This document shows, one piece after another, positions 1-10,344 of a stretch of 64,000 nucleotides of DNA. How positions within the stretch are numbered: position 1 is the first letter of the stretch; every line of letters begins with the position of its first letter. The stretch is from Promethearchaeota archaeon. Its GTDB lineage: Archaea; Asgardarchaeota; Heimdallarchaeia; Hodarchaeales; Hodarchaeaceae. The DNA lies in the NCBI GenBank assembly GCA_048938105.1, contig JBHLMN010000017.1, positions 1-64,000 on the forward strand. The letters are read 5' to 3'. Made by a program: the position numbers and the translations under genes. The notes under the pieces are model-generated. The model made no database searches. It saw only the letters and a list, made by a program, of their open reading frames with translations, and was not told the origin of the DNA.

Positions 1-2
1 GG

Positions 3-575
3 CAATTAAGGGTTACTTGGCAAAGTGTTCCAAGAAACACCTCAAACGGTACTCCATTCCTCACTTTCCTAGCCAATACCACCAAAGGGATAACCACCAA
101 CCTTTTATGGTTAAATTCATCTGTGTTATCTTCCGAATCAACCGAATAGTGGTTCCTGGTACCCTATTCGGAGTCTTTCATCCAATATTCTCCATGGAGA
201 GCAAACTGGACTCCCCTCCTCAATTTTTCCTCGGGTCGCAATTCCGCTTCTCACACGGTACGATTTAAGGCTTTTGCTAGAACGACAATGTTTAACAGTA
301 TCATAAAGTGTGGTTTCGAATTACGCTATAATAAAACTACCGGATTGCTCACACATCTTGATTTTAAGTTCACAGAAACATGGAATGAGACTGGTGTTGC
401 TTGCGAGAACAGGATTCGGGGTGATATCTGGCTCAATGATGTTAATTATACAGATGTATATTTCACCCGACATACATCCTCTAGTACGATACCTATCTTT
501 GAACCTGTCCCCTTTCTTATCCTATCTATATTAATAGTTTTAGTCTATCAAAAGGTTAAAAAGAACTCTATCTAG
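3..575 (+). pseudogene. 3' part of a secreted/C-terminally anchored protein gene (enters from the window edge), interrupted by one in-frame TAG at 147-149
   Basis: The frame of ORF 288..575 is open from base 3 (QLRVTWQSVPRNTSNG...) apart from a single TAG at 147-149; ends in a Ser/Thr linker, TM helix and basic tail (TIPIFEPVPFLILSILIVLVYQKVKK). Confidence 0.5.
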
Positions 576-1162
576 GACATATATGTCCTATTGTGTTCTA
601 GTACGTCAGGGAGCTAAGCTAGATAAGAACCTGAACTTCCCTGTTGTTGAAGACATGATCGTAAGTAAAAGGTTGTCTATGGAAAATAATCACCCTATTT
701 TCTCTTTGCCCGTACCTAATAACGACAACTACCAAGTTTTCACCTATAATGAGAGAAAATGCTAAACGGGGAAAATACCCTATCATCAAAAAATCTTGAT
801 TTTCTGGTTGTTTTGGTGATAAGATAGTTTTGAAATAAAGGTAGAAGAATGGAGTTTGGGTAAAAAGACACTATTGATATTACATAAAATATTTGTTTTA
901 ATGAGAAAACTTGATTTAGTGAAAACATACGGATAAAAAAGCTGATTTGCACATGCTTTAAATTCAAGAAGACATTAATTATACTTAAATTGAATTTAAA
1001 TCTGTTAAATCCTTCGCTTATTTTCCTTTTCAATTTCCAAGGTTGTTTGGACTTAATAAAGATAAAAAATAAAAAATTATTATATATAATATCAACAATA
1101 TTAAAACAGTTTTAAAGAGTGAGAATGATAAGATAGTACAAACTCCATCGTAGGCGTATTTA

Positions 1163-2050
1163 ATGGGAAACGAGGAATATAGACAAAATCAAGGTCCAGA
1201 TCAACAGAAGCAATTAGATCCGTCAAAATCCTCCAACATTGGGTCATCACAAAGAATAAAACAGCTAGAAACACAGCTTGCTAATTATCAAGTCCTTGAA
1301 AGGGAGTTAGCGGAAACAAAAGCATCATTAACCGCAAAAATACAAGCCCTTGAAAGAGCTAATGCAGAATTAGCTGAAAAAACACAAATTTTAGTGGCAA
1401 TTAAAACTAATTTTGGAGCTACAAGTAAAGAGTTCTCTAATCTAAAGAAAGAGCTTGAACTTGTCAAATCAGAATCTCAGAAAAATCTTGAAGAGAAAAC
1501 AGAACAAATGATAGCTCTAGAGGTAGAATTGAAAGAAACAAAGAACATCCTTGAAACAATTGAAGAAAAGTACAAGACAAAATTACAGAATTCCCAAACC
1601 ACAATAGAAGGTCTCCAAGCGGAAAGAGAAACTTACTTAGCTCAAATTGCAAAATTACAAGATGTAATCAACCAAACTGAAGAGGAAATCAAGGAAATCG
1701 AAGCGAGTCATCTAGAAGTCCAAGATCAATTGAAATTAGAAATTAAACGAACTGAAGAACGAGCAGGACGGATAAGCGAGGACTTAGAACGTGAAACAAG
1801 AGGAACACTTGCAAGAGATAGACATATACGAGTTGTTTTACAACAAACAGAATTAGGGAGGATCTTACTCTTTCTAGTAGACTACTTTGAAGATACCAAG
1901 AAGAGAACACTCAATTTGGGAACATTATCAACCGAAGTAGGGATTCCTCCAATTATATGTCGTACTCATCTTCGTCATCTCCATGAACTAGGGGTTTGTA
2001 ATTTCAATGAAGTATCACGGGAGATTGAACTCATCAGAAAAGCAATATGA
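1163..2050 (+). CDS. Long coiled-coil protein with C-terminal winged-helix-like domain
   Basis: About 190 aa of E/K/Q/L heptad sequence, then LNLGTLSTEVGIPPIICRTHLRHLHELGVC (HTH followed by a wing). Confidence 0.75.
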   Translation: MGNEEYRQNQGPDQQKQLDPSKSSNIGSSQRIKQLETQLANYQVLERELAETKASLTAKIQALERANAELAEKTQILVAIKTNFGATSKEFSNLKKELELVKSESQKNLEEKTEQMIALEVELKETKNILETIEEKYKTKLQNSQTTIEGLQAERETYLAQIAKLQDVINQTEEEIKEIEASHLEVQDQLKLEIKRTEERAGRISEDLERETRGTLARDRHIRVVLQQTELGRILLFLVDYFEDTKKRTLNLGTLSTEVGIPPIICRTHLRHLHELGVCNFNEVSREIELIRKAI

Positions 2051-2077
2051 TATAGTAATTTTTAATATAGGATGAAA

Positions 2078-2443
2078 TTACTTCTTTTGATGTTGTAAAC
2101 GAATTGAGAAGACACCCTCATTACCCACGACAAGTGGAGAAGAACACGTCTTACCAGAATTATCAGCAAATAACTTTTCCACGTTGATATCATAAATACC
2201 AACTTCTAGTTCATGAACAGTAACGAAATTCATATCCTTTTTCTTTTCAATAGGATAACTCTTCTCTTTCTTAGTTATTGGGGAATGAGTGCTTTCATGT
2301 TCACGGACAATTCGAAATAGACGATGACCACAAATACATCCTTGAAAGAGTGCTTGGGCATTCAAGGGAGTTCTATTACATTGAGCGCATTTATATCGGT
2401 TTAAGTTAATCTCACTATCAGAAAATCTCACTGTATTACCCAA
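2078..2443 (-). CDS. oapC: OapC/ArvC family Zn-ribbon protein (DUF2072-like)
   Basis: CAQC...GCICGHRLF Zn ribbon, GIYDINVEKLF and EGVFSIRL motifs; third gene after an OapA-type GTPase. Confidence 0.8.
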   Translation of the reverse strand: MGNTVRFSDSEINLNRYKCAQCNRTPLNAQALFQGCICGHRLFRIVREHESTHSPITKKEKSYPIEKKKDMNFVTVHELEVGIYDINVEKLFADNSGKTCSSPLVVGNEGVFSIRLQHQKK

Positions 2444-2445
2444 GC

Positions 2446-2775
2446 CTAGACAAGAGCCACTGAAAGATTATCATAGTCATGAGGAGCGATAACAGTCATT
2501 TTAATATCCTTATGTCGGGAAAATAAACCAGAACTGGGACTACGGAGAGGAGTAGGAGTTATAATTTTATAACCTAAGAAGGTTTCATGGTCAATTTGAC
2601 TCATAGCTTCTTCAATCAAGATAGCCTCTTCATTAGGGGCAAGACCTCCTTCAAATACGACAACTCTGTCTCGTCTAAGTTTTGAAATAATGAAATCACA
2701 TTTCTGAGAAGAATCCATTTTTCGGGTTGTATTTTCGGTTACAAAGTCTATTTTCAGTTCCATGCTTGATCCCAC
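2446..2775 (-). CDS. oapB: OapB/ArvB family protein (DUF2073-like); start probably ATG at 2763
   Basis: VVFEGGLAPNEEAILIEEAMSQIDHETFLG and MTVIAP motifs; position between GTPase and Zn-ribbon genes. Confidence 0.8.
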   Translation of the reverse strand: MGSSMELKIDFVTENTTRKMDSSQKCDFIISKLRRDRVVVFEGGLAPNEEAILIEEAMSQIDHETFLGYKIITPTPLRSPSSGLFSRHKDIKMTVIAPHDYDNLSVALV

Positions 2776-3390
2776 CTACATACTGGCTATAGAAAGAATA
2801 CTTCCATAAAGTTCATTCATTCCACTACCTTCTTTTGCTGATATAGGAATAATTTCACTTTGGAAAGTTTCTGCTACCAACGTAATGTTTGCTTCAGGAA
2901 GATCCGTTTTGTTAGCAGCAACAATTAATGGAATTTTCCTTGCTTCTAGATTACCAAGTACAGTCCAATTAATCTGATCAAACGGTGCTCTTGCAGCGTC
3001 AACAACTACTATAGCAGCATCCAATCCGTCAAGAGATTGAATAGCCTTAATTACCCCTCTTGTAGCCTCTTTAGCTCGCTCTATACTCTCCTGTCGTGAT
3101 AAACCATAAGTCTGAAACTCCCGATAATCAACTGAAGTAGCAATCCCAGGAGTATCAACAACGGTCAGATCAAGTGATCCACTCTGATCTGAGACCGTAC
3201 AATGTTCTAGTGCTACCACTTCTCGTGTTTCATGAGGTATTGGGCTCACTTCTCCGAGGGGGGTTCCGTTTCCACATTCATTGGAAATTCTGTTGGCTAA
3301 TGTAGTCTTTCCAGCGTTAGGGGCTCCTAAAATCCCAATGGTCAATTTTGTTTTACGACTTCGCGCAAAGATCCTCGAAAGGATACTCAT
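2776..3390 (-). CDS. oapA: Era-like small GTPase OapA/ArvA
   Basis: G1 GAPNAGKTT, family motif SPIPHETRE, DTPG, ERAKEATRGVI, NKTD, ISAK; GGAGGA ribosome-binding site upstream. Confidence 0.85.
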   Translation of the reverse strand: MSILSRIFARSRKTKLTIGILGAPNAGKTTLANRISNECGNGTPLGEVSPIPHETREVVALEHCTVSDQSGSLDLTVVDTPGIATSVDYREFQTYGLSRQESIERAKEATRGVIKAIQSLDGLDAAIVVVDAARAPFDQINWTVLGNLEARKIPLIVAANKTDLPEANITLVAETFQSEIIPISAKEGSGMNELYGSILSIASM

Positions 3391-3554
3391 ACTATTATCC
3401 TCCAGTCAAACGTCTCTGTAATTAATAATTAAGTTATTCCTTCATTTCTCCCCCAGATTGATATGGCACCATATTATGTAAGTAACAGCGCTTTCACATA
3501 GAAATAAGATTCATACCAGTAAATACCAAGAACAGGAATGATCCTATGAAATCC

Positions 3555-4916
3555 TTATAGAGAGGTTATTTGATCTAATTCAAAATCTAATGGATTGGAA
3601 TACAGAAATTTATGCAAACTAGCCGAGACAAATCTTAAAATAGCGATGATAATCAGCATGAAAAATAGAACAACATTAAAATCTGCGCTATTATAATTAA
3701 TATCTGCAATTCGTAACCATATATCCATAATGAAGCCAGCAAATAATGACCCCACAAAAGCACTGATCCCTCCTGCCGTCAACAATATAGAATAATATCT
3801 CCCTTTCGTCTCCTCGGTAGAACAATCCAAAGAATACGTAGCAACATTAGTATCTTCAGCACCAAACGCTAAACCCCCGAGAATATTCGCTAATATTAGA
3901 TACCAGACATTTCCCGTAACGAGCCCGATTGCATAACCTAAGGGAACGGTAGTGTAGCCTAACCTTGAAAATAAAATTATAATTTTTTTGTTGAAGACTT
4001 CATCTGCCAAACGGCCACCCAGATTCTGACCTAATCCCCTAGGTATATTAAACATGATCCATAGAACTGAAACACTAAACCATGAGTCTGCAACCCTCAA
4101 AGTAACGAAAGGGAAAATAGGCCAAGCAGTACTCATAGCAAAAGAGAAAAATGTACTAATCGGTAATAGACGACTGAAAGGTGGATTTCGCTTGATTAAT
4201 GTTCTCCATGATGGTTTTAATTCTTCATCAATAATTACTTTTTCCCTTACATCATACTTTTCTATCAGAAAGTAGGAAATTATGATAGTTAATAAGAAAA
4301 TTAATGCGGCAGAGAAAAAAGGGATAAAAAATACAGGTTTACTCAACTCGTAATCTTCCGGAATGCTAGGAAAAGGGAAAGGACTCAATTCCATCAAAAT
4401 ACCCATTGCAAAAATCAAGAAGATAGAGCTCAATGTCCCTATTGAGTTAATTTTTCCAACATATGAGGCTCTATCTTTTTCAGAAGTATAATCTCCAAGG
4501 AAGGCATTCCAAGCAGGAATGATACTGAATCCAATACTTGTCATAATTAGAGAAATAATTACAAGCTCAATTGGATTTTGTACAAATGGCGTCAAGATAC
4601 AGGTAAGTGCAAGTGTTGAAAGCCCAATAACGATGACAAGCCTCCTCCCTCGCAAATCAGACAACCATCCCCATATTCCTTGAAAAACATTAGAACCTAA
4701 ATTCCTAACTGATGTTAGAATGGATTGTTCTAGAGGAGTAGCCCCCAGGACGACGCCAAGATAAGAAAGATACACAAAAATGGATGATCTACCTGCAGCA
4801 TAACCAATACTTGTTCCTAAAATGGGAACATTCTCTCTACTAGTGATGTTTGTGCTGGATAAAGCATCAGGATTTTGATCTATATCTTCTTCATCTAGCT
4901 TGCCATTTACAATCAT
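3555..4916 (-). CDS. MFS transporter
   Basis: About 12 TM helices; motif A GWLSDLRGRR and GRLADEVFNKK. Confidence 0.9.
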   Translation of the reverse strand: MIVNGKLDEEDIDQNPDALSSTNITSRENVPILGTSIGYAAGRSSIFVYLSYLGVVLGATPLEQSILTSVRNLGSNVFQGIWGWLSDLRGRRLVIVIGLSTLALTCILTPFVQNPIELVIISLIMTSIGFSIIPAWNAFLGDYTSEKDRASYVGKINSIGTLSSIFLIFAMGILMELSPFPFPSIPEDYELSKPVFFIPFFSAALIFLLTIIISYFLIEKYDVREKVIIDEELKPSWRTLIKRNPPFSRLLPISTFFSFAMSTAWPIFPFVTLRVADSWFSVSVLWIMFNIPRGLGQNLGGRLADEVFNKKIIILFSRLGYTTVPLGYAIGLVTGNVWYLILANILGGLAFGAEDTNVATYSLDCSTEETKGRYYSILLTAGGISAFVGSLFAGFIMDIWLRIADINYNSADFNVVLFFMLIIIAILRFVSASLHKFLYSNPLDFELDQITSL

Positions 4917-5169
4917 TGGTACAAAGCCTCAATGAAATGTAATCCATAAATGTATTTAGTCTTAGAATCCACAATTAAATTTAGTTACAGTATTAAAAGA
5001 GGAATTCTTCCCTCATATAAATTGCTTTCCAACATTGAGAATAATAGTTTAAGAATAGAAGAAAAATCAGGAAAAAAAAGTTAAAATAGATATTGAATCA
5101 AAAGAAAATTACAGTAAATGTAAAGAACGATAAGGATTTTTCGTAAGCTCTGATTTCTAACAAATTTAA

Positions 5170-6945
5170 TTAAATCTCCTGTCCAGCAAATTGTTTTTCA
5201 TACAAGTCAGTAAAGATCCCGTTCAGGTTAAGAAGTTCTTGAAATGTCCCTATTTCTTTGATCTTTCCATTTTTCAGCACAATAATTCTATTTGCTGACC
5301 GTACAGTGCTTAGACGATGAGCAATAATAATTGTGGTTCGATTCTCAATGATGTGATGGAAAGATTGTTGGATTACCAACTCAGTGTGAGCATCTACGGA
5401 TGAGGTTGCCTCATCGAGAATGAGAATTTTTGGATCAGACAGGATTGCACGTGCAAAACAGATTAATTGCCGTTCACCCATTGATAATCGTGCTCCTCTT
5501 TCTCCCACCTCAGTGTCCAACCCTTTTGCCATTACAAAATCAAACGCGCCCACTTTCAGGAGAGTTTGTTCGATCTCTTCATCAGTTGCTTCAGGTTTTC
5601 CGTAGAGGAGATTTTCTCGAATAGTACCTGAAAAAAGAAAGGAGTCTTGAGGAATAATTGAAAGCCATTGGCGATAATTATTCAAATCAATATCCCGAAT
5701 GTCAGTTCTATCAAGAAGGATTTCTCCTTCATGAAAATCATAGAAACGACATAATAGATCAGTAATAGTGGTTTTTCCAGCACCTGTATGCCCTACTAAG
5801 GCAATTGTTGAATTTGAGGGGATATTTAATTCAAAGCTTGAAATTATTGGACCAGTTTCATCTTTGTAAGCAAAAGATAAATCTTTGAATTCAATAGTAC
5901 CTTTCACATTTAATAATTTCTTGTTATCTCGGGGAATAACACTTGGCGTTCTATCTAATAAATCAAATATTCGTTCAGTAGCTGCCATAGAGGACAATAA
6001 ATTATTGTAAAAGTTTGAAAGGGTCATTATTGGTTGGGAAATCCTCCCCAAATATGAAAGAAAAGCAACGAGTACACCAACTGTCATTGTTTCATTACCG
6101 ACTGCCACACCTCCAACGGTTAAAACCAAAGCTGTTCCTAACGCTAATATCATATCCATTACTGGAAACATCACTGCAAACAAAATAAGGGCTTTAATCC
6201 GAGCCTGATAGTTCTCTAGATTTAATATATCGAATTCATTCGTCATGAAATCTTCTGCAGCAAAAGCCTTTGAAACTTCAATGCCTGAAATAGCCTCTTG
6301 ATAATATCCAGTTACCTTTGCAATAGTACGTCTTGTTTTTTGCCAAGCTGTACGTGCTTTTACTCTGAAATAGACAGTAAAAACTGCTAGGATGGGAAAA
6401 ATAATCAAAATAGCCAAAGTTAATCTTAAGTCTAGATAGACAAGTATGAAAAACAACATCCCCAAGAACATAACATTGACAATAGCATCAATAATACCTG
6501 TTGATAATAGGTTAAGTAGACGTTCTACATCGTTTGTGACTCTTGAAACAATCCTCCCTGTAGCTTCTTTATCGTAAAAATCCATGCTTAAATCCTGAAG
6601 TTGGTAGAACGCTTCTTGTCTAATTTGTGTTATAATGCGTATTCCAGTAATGGTTGTAAAATAGCTCGCAATTACATTCAGTAGGAATGACACAACAGCA
6701 ACGCTAAAGTAAACTAGGGAAATGAATCCCAATCCTTCGACATTTCTAGGTAGGATAAACATATCTATTGCTATAGCTAGTATTAATGGCTGAATAATGC
6801 TAAGAAGGGCGGATAAAAACATAGCTAATAAAGCAGCGGAGAAAATAAACCAGTGAGGTCGTATATAGCTTATCAATCTCCTGAATAACTCCCAATCAGA
6901 ATAATCACGTTTCAGAAGATCTCTTCTATCTTCAGATTCACCCAT
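5170..6945 (-). CDS. ABC exporter, fused TMD-NBD (heterodimer subunit B)
   Basis: Walker A GHTGAGKT, signature LSMGERQ, ILILDEATS, AHRL. Confidence 0.95.
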   Translation of the reverse strand: MGESEDRRDLLKRDYSDWELFRRLISYIRPHWFIFSAALLAMFLSALLSIIQPLILAIAIDMFILPRNVEGLGFISLVYFSVAVVSFLLNVIASYFTTITGIRIITQIRQEAFYQLQDLSMDFYDKEATGRIVSRVTNDVERLLNLLSTGIIDAIVNVMFLGMLFFILVYLDLRLTLAILIIFPILAVFTVYFRVKARTAWQKTRRTIAKVTGYYQEAISGIEVSKAFAAEDFMTNEFDILNLENYQARIKALILFAVMFPVMDMILALGTALVLTVGGVAVGNETMTVGVLVAFLSYLGRISQPIMTLSNFYNNLLSSMAATERIFDLLDRTPSVIPRDNKKLLNVKGTIEFKDLSFAYKDETGPIISSFELNIPSNSTIALVGHTGAGKTTITDLLCRFYDFHEGEILLDRTDIRDIDLNNYRQWLSIIPQDSFLFSGTIRENLLYGKPEATDEEIEQTLLKVGAFDFVMAKGLDTEVGERGARLSMGERQLICFARAILSDPKILILDEATSSVDAHTELVIQQSFHHIIENRTTIIIAHRLSTVRSANRIIVLKNGKIKEIGTFQELLNLNGIFTDLYEKQFAGQEI

Positions 6946-6951
6946 ATTGAC

Positions 6952-8760
6952 TCAACTCCTCTCCTGAATTATTTTCTCTAATGCTAGTTTAATGTCAATC
7001 ATGCCATCTTCCTGAGTTTTCCAAAGAAGAGGATAGATTTGACCTTTTTTCAGTAATTCCTTATGCGTCCCCTGTTCTATAATCTGACCACGGTTGAAGA
7101 TTATTATCCGATCAACCATTTTTAGTGTGCTAAGTCTTTGAGTAATGAATATCACTATTGGTTTATTTTGTGATTTGTCTAGATAATTTTCAAAAGCCTC
7201 TTGAAATTTAGCTTCTGTAGATATATCTAGAGATGATGTTGCATCATCTAGAATCATGATAGGACATTTCCTCAACAACATCCTAGCAATAGCAACACGC
7301 TGTTTTTGCCCACCAGAGAGTGTAACTCCCCGTTCTCCAATAATTGTCTCTAATCCGTCTGGTAAATTATTGACAAAACCATCAAGTTGTGTTATTTTAA
7401 TAACTTCATTGATCTGTTCAATTCCTGCCTCTGGTACTCCAAATGCAATATTTTCAGCTATGGTACGTCCAAAAAGAAATGGTTCCTGGTGTACAAAACC
7501 TACTTTTTCTCGCCATGATTTGGTCTGAAGCTCATCTAAGCCATATGTTGTTTGATCAGTCTTTATTAAGATTCTACCTTTTGTGGGGTCATAGAATCTT
7601 GGAAATAATGAAATAAAAGTAGTTTTTCCTGATCCCGTTGGACCAAGTATTGCTATTCTCTCTCCAGGATTGATGGTTAAAGAAATATTGGACAAAACTT
7701 TCCTATTATCGTAAGAAAAAGATACTTTGTCAAAAATAATAGTAGGTGTAATATTATCCAAAAATATTTTAGCATCTGGGAACTCTGAGAGATGAGTTGG
7801 AGACTCTAAAAGCGTGAATACTCTATCACCCGCTGCAGACACGCGTTGATACATAATAAGGGAAAAAGCTAAAAAGCGTGTGGGTATCGCAAGCATAATA
7901 AAGTAGGTAAAAAGAGTAATTAATAAACCAGGACTAATATCTCCCTGAATTACTTGGTAGCCTCCAGCAAAAATCAAAATCGTAATTAGGAGATTGACTA
8001 CGAATAGTATCATTGGTAAAAAGATTGATCTGATTCTGAAAGCGTAAGCACGTAAATCAAAGTAAGCAAAATTTTCTTTATCAAACTTCTTCTTCTCTCT
8101 GGCTTCCGCATTAAACGCTTTAACAATCTGAATTCCCGCTATGTTTTCTTGAATTACTGTAGTTAATTTTCCATATTGTTGTCTTATATCGAAAAACAGG
8201 GGCCCTAATTTTGTTGAAACAAAATATGAAAGAATAAATAAGGTTGGAGTGACAATACCTATTAAAAGAAATAATCGAATGTCAATAAGATACAAGACGA
8301 TGTATATTCCTACATATGTTAAAGACGCCTGTAAAAGAATTCGTTCTCCCCAAACTAAAAACTCCGAGATTGGTTCAAGATCAGTCGTCGCTCGAGCCAT
8401 AAGATCCCCTGTATGATGTATATCGAAAAACGCAAGACTAGAGGTTGAATATTTGGTAAATAAGTCTTTTCTGATATCATAAATTATTTTTTCACCTTGA
8501 AGATAACCAATCCACCTCCCTAGAAAATAGGAGATCCCTCGTATGACACTAGCGATGATAATGAGAAAAACTCCTGTCAAGACAACTGTTATTTCAAATC
8601 GTTCCTCCAATAATGAGGAAAGAATCTGGTCAATGGTTATACCCACTAATATTGGAATACTAAGCTCTGCAATTTGAGCAATGAAAATGAATATTAAAAC
8701 TGATATGGCTAACATTTTACGTTGAAACACATATTTTAACAAATGTTTTAATACATGCAA
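6952..8760 (-). CDS. ABC exporter, fused TMD-NBD (heterodimer subunit A, degenerate site)
   Basis: GPTGSGKT, LSGGQKQ, degenerate Walker B ILDD and switch Q (TQRL), typical of TmrAB/TM287-type heterodimers. Confidence 0.95.
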   Translation of the reverse strand: MHVLKHLLKYVFQRKMLAISVLIFIFIAQIAELSIPILVGITIDQILSSLLEERFEITVVLTGVFLIIIASVIRGISYFLGRWIGYLQGEKIIYDIRKDLFTKYSTSSLAFFDIHHTGDLMARATTDLEPISEFLVWGERILLQASLTYVGIYIVLYLIDIRLFLLIGIVTPTLFILSYFVSTKLGPLFFDIRQQYGKLTTVIQENIAGIQIVKAFNAEAREKKKFDKENFAYFDLRAYAFRIRSIFLPMILFVVNLLITILIFAGGYQVIQGDISPGLLITLFTYFIMLAIPTRFLAFSLIMYQRVSAAGDRVFTLLESPTHLSEFPDAKIFLDNITPTIIFDKVSFSYDNRKVLSNISLTINPGERIAILGPTGSGKTTFISLFPRFYDPTKGRILIKTDQTTYGLDELQTKSWREKVGFVHQEPFLFGRTIAENIAFGVPEAGIEQINEVIKITQLDGFVNNLPDGLETIIGERGVTLSGGQKQRVAIARMLLRKCPIMILDDATSSLDISTEAKFQEAFENYLDKSQNKPIVIFITQRLSTLKMVDRIIIFNRGQIIEQGTHKELLKKGQIYPLLWKTQEDGMIDIKLALEKIIQERS

Positions 8761-8893
8761 TGAGTAGCCTCATTATTTTCTTTTCTAATTTTTAAATCGA
8801 AAGTATTTCGCAGAATAAGATAGAAAAAATCTATTATTGACCTAATAAAGCTAGTATTATAATTTTTGGCTTGAATTCAGTGGAAAACCTTTT

Positions 8894-9355
8894 TTGTATC
8901 TTTTTTCATATTTATTTGTAATGAAGTTAACGGTGAGGATTATGAAATGTCAACGATGTGAAAAAGAAGCAGCTACAGTCTTCTGTTTTCGATGCAAACG
9001 TGCGATCTGTTTTAATTGTTATGACCAATCATTGGTAGTTTGTCATGACTGTGTTAACTTTAAAAAGGCTAGAGAATGGGATAGACGCCAACTGGTTCGT
9101 ACATTAACTGAAAACATAATAATTGGTTCAGAAAAACTGGTAAAAGAATCATGTCACGGGTGTGAAATTCTTCGATATCATCTTCTTTTTATGCTCAAAG
9201 TTCTCAAAAATCTGTGTATTGAACTCGAGCAAGAAGATCTTTCAGGACTTAAACAACCTGTAAACCAATTAAGAGAATCAATTCTTCCTCTAATTATCGA
9301 AGCAATAGCTCAAAAAGATCTTGAAGCAGATCCCTCCGCTTGGTGTAGAATTTAA
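8894..9355 (+). CDS. Zn-finger (B-box-like) hypothetical protein; start probably ATG 8942
   Basis: CQRC...CFRC...CFNC...CHDC plus CHGC. Confidence 0.6.
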   Translation: MYLFSYLFVMKLTVRIMKCQRCEKEAATVFCFRCKRAICFNCYDQSLVVCHDCVNFKKAREWDRRQLVRTLTENIIIGSEKLVKESCHGCEILRYHLLFMLKVLKNLCIELEQEDLSGLKQPVNQLRESILPLIIEAIAQKDLEADPSAWCRI

Positions 9356-9417
9356 AAAAAGAAGTTCGAATTATTAGATTTCCAGATCTTAACACAATTC
9401 TCTAAGAAGAGAATTCT

Positions 9418-10311
9418 TTAATTGGGTTTTCGTGAGAAATGGCCGAGTTTATTTGCCCAAAAACTTGAACTCTGCAATTCAGGGGCACACTTCTCCTTTG
9501 TAAGTTTGTAAAAATCCTTCATTTGATATTCTAGGTCATGAAATTTAAGTGTCTCATCATCAAGATCGATTATAGCAAATGATGCATTTCCAGTTCCATC
9601 CCGTGGTTGACCGATGGAGCCTGGATTGAGGATAATTCGATTTCTATCAAATGCGAATTCTAATGGAAACTTGGTGGATTTTTTATTAAGAATATCTTCA
9701 ATAAGGGACCATGAATAGAATTTATCCCGTCCAATTATAAACCTTCTATGAGTATGACCCACAATTATTATTTCAGCATTCAGGGCTTTCTTGTCATTCT
9801 TCAACCTATTAATTGTTACCTTGGGGTCTTGAAGAGGAGGAGATAATAAATATCGACCAACATTCTCGGTTCTTCTTGTTGATGGTGTCCCATGTGTAAT
9901 ATAGAACTGCGTCTGACCTATCTGAAATGTCTGCTTAAATGGAAGCTTTAAAAGGAACTGAAAATGTTCTTCATGAATTTCTTTAGCGTTTCGTTCCAAC
10001 ATTTCAGACGCAGATTCTCGAAAATTGAACGTTTTTAGAATCTTGTAATCTAAGTCCAGGGGATCTTGTTCATGACAACTATATCTGTATCGTACTCCTA
10101 TATCATGATTTCCAAGGCAAGAAAAAAGAGGAAAAGGGTAATCAAGGAAAGATTTGATACTTTCTTGTGGTTGAGGACCGTAACCAACAAAATCACCAGT
10201 ACAGATTAAACTATCAATTTTTCCTTTTAGAAATCTTAAAACAGTTTTTAAAGCATAAAAATTTGAATGTATATCTGAAATCACACCGATTTTCATATTA
10301 AGTTCCCCCAT
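9418..10311 (-). CDS. Calcineurin-like metallophosphoesterase
   Basis: SDIHSN, GDFVGYG, GNHD, HGTP, GHTH, NPGSIGQPRDG. Confidence 0.92.
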   Translation of the reverse strand: MGELNMKIGVISDIHSNFYALKTVLRFLKGKIDSLICTGDFVGYGPQPQESIKSFLDYPFPLFSCLGNHDIGVRYRYSCHEQDPLDLDYKILKTFNFRESASEMLERNAKEIHEEHFQFLLKLPFKQTFQIGQTQFYITHGTPSTRRTENVGRYLLSPPLQDPKVTINRLKNDKKALNAEIIIVGHTHRRFIIGRDKFYSWSLIEDILNKKSTKFPLEFAFDRNRIILNPGSIGQPRDGTGNASFAIIDLDDETLKFHDLEYQMKDFYKLTKEKCAPELQSSSFWANKLGHFSRKPN

Positions 10312-10344
10312 ATTTTCAATTTAATGAGTCTATTATTATAACCA

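Noticed and set aside
576-1162. AT-rich gap near oapABC as a replication origin
   Set aside because: No repeated ORB elements or cdc6/orc1 gene seen; the short ORFs here (583..765, 740..1033) look spurious
2773-2778. oapA TAG immediately followed by an in-frame GTG of oapB (readthrough fusion)
   Set aside because: AGGTGGGA is better explained as the ribosome-binding site for ATG 2763; TAG is a common stop in this window
8875-8890. Mini-ORB-like TTCAGTGGAAAAC
   Set aside because: Single imperfect copy with no initiator gene
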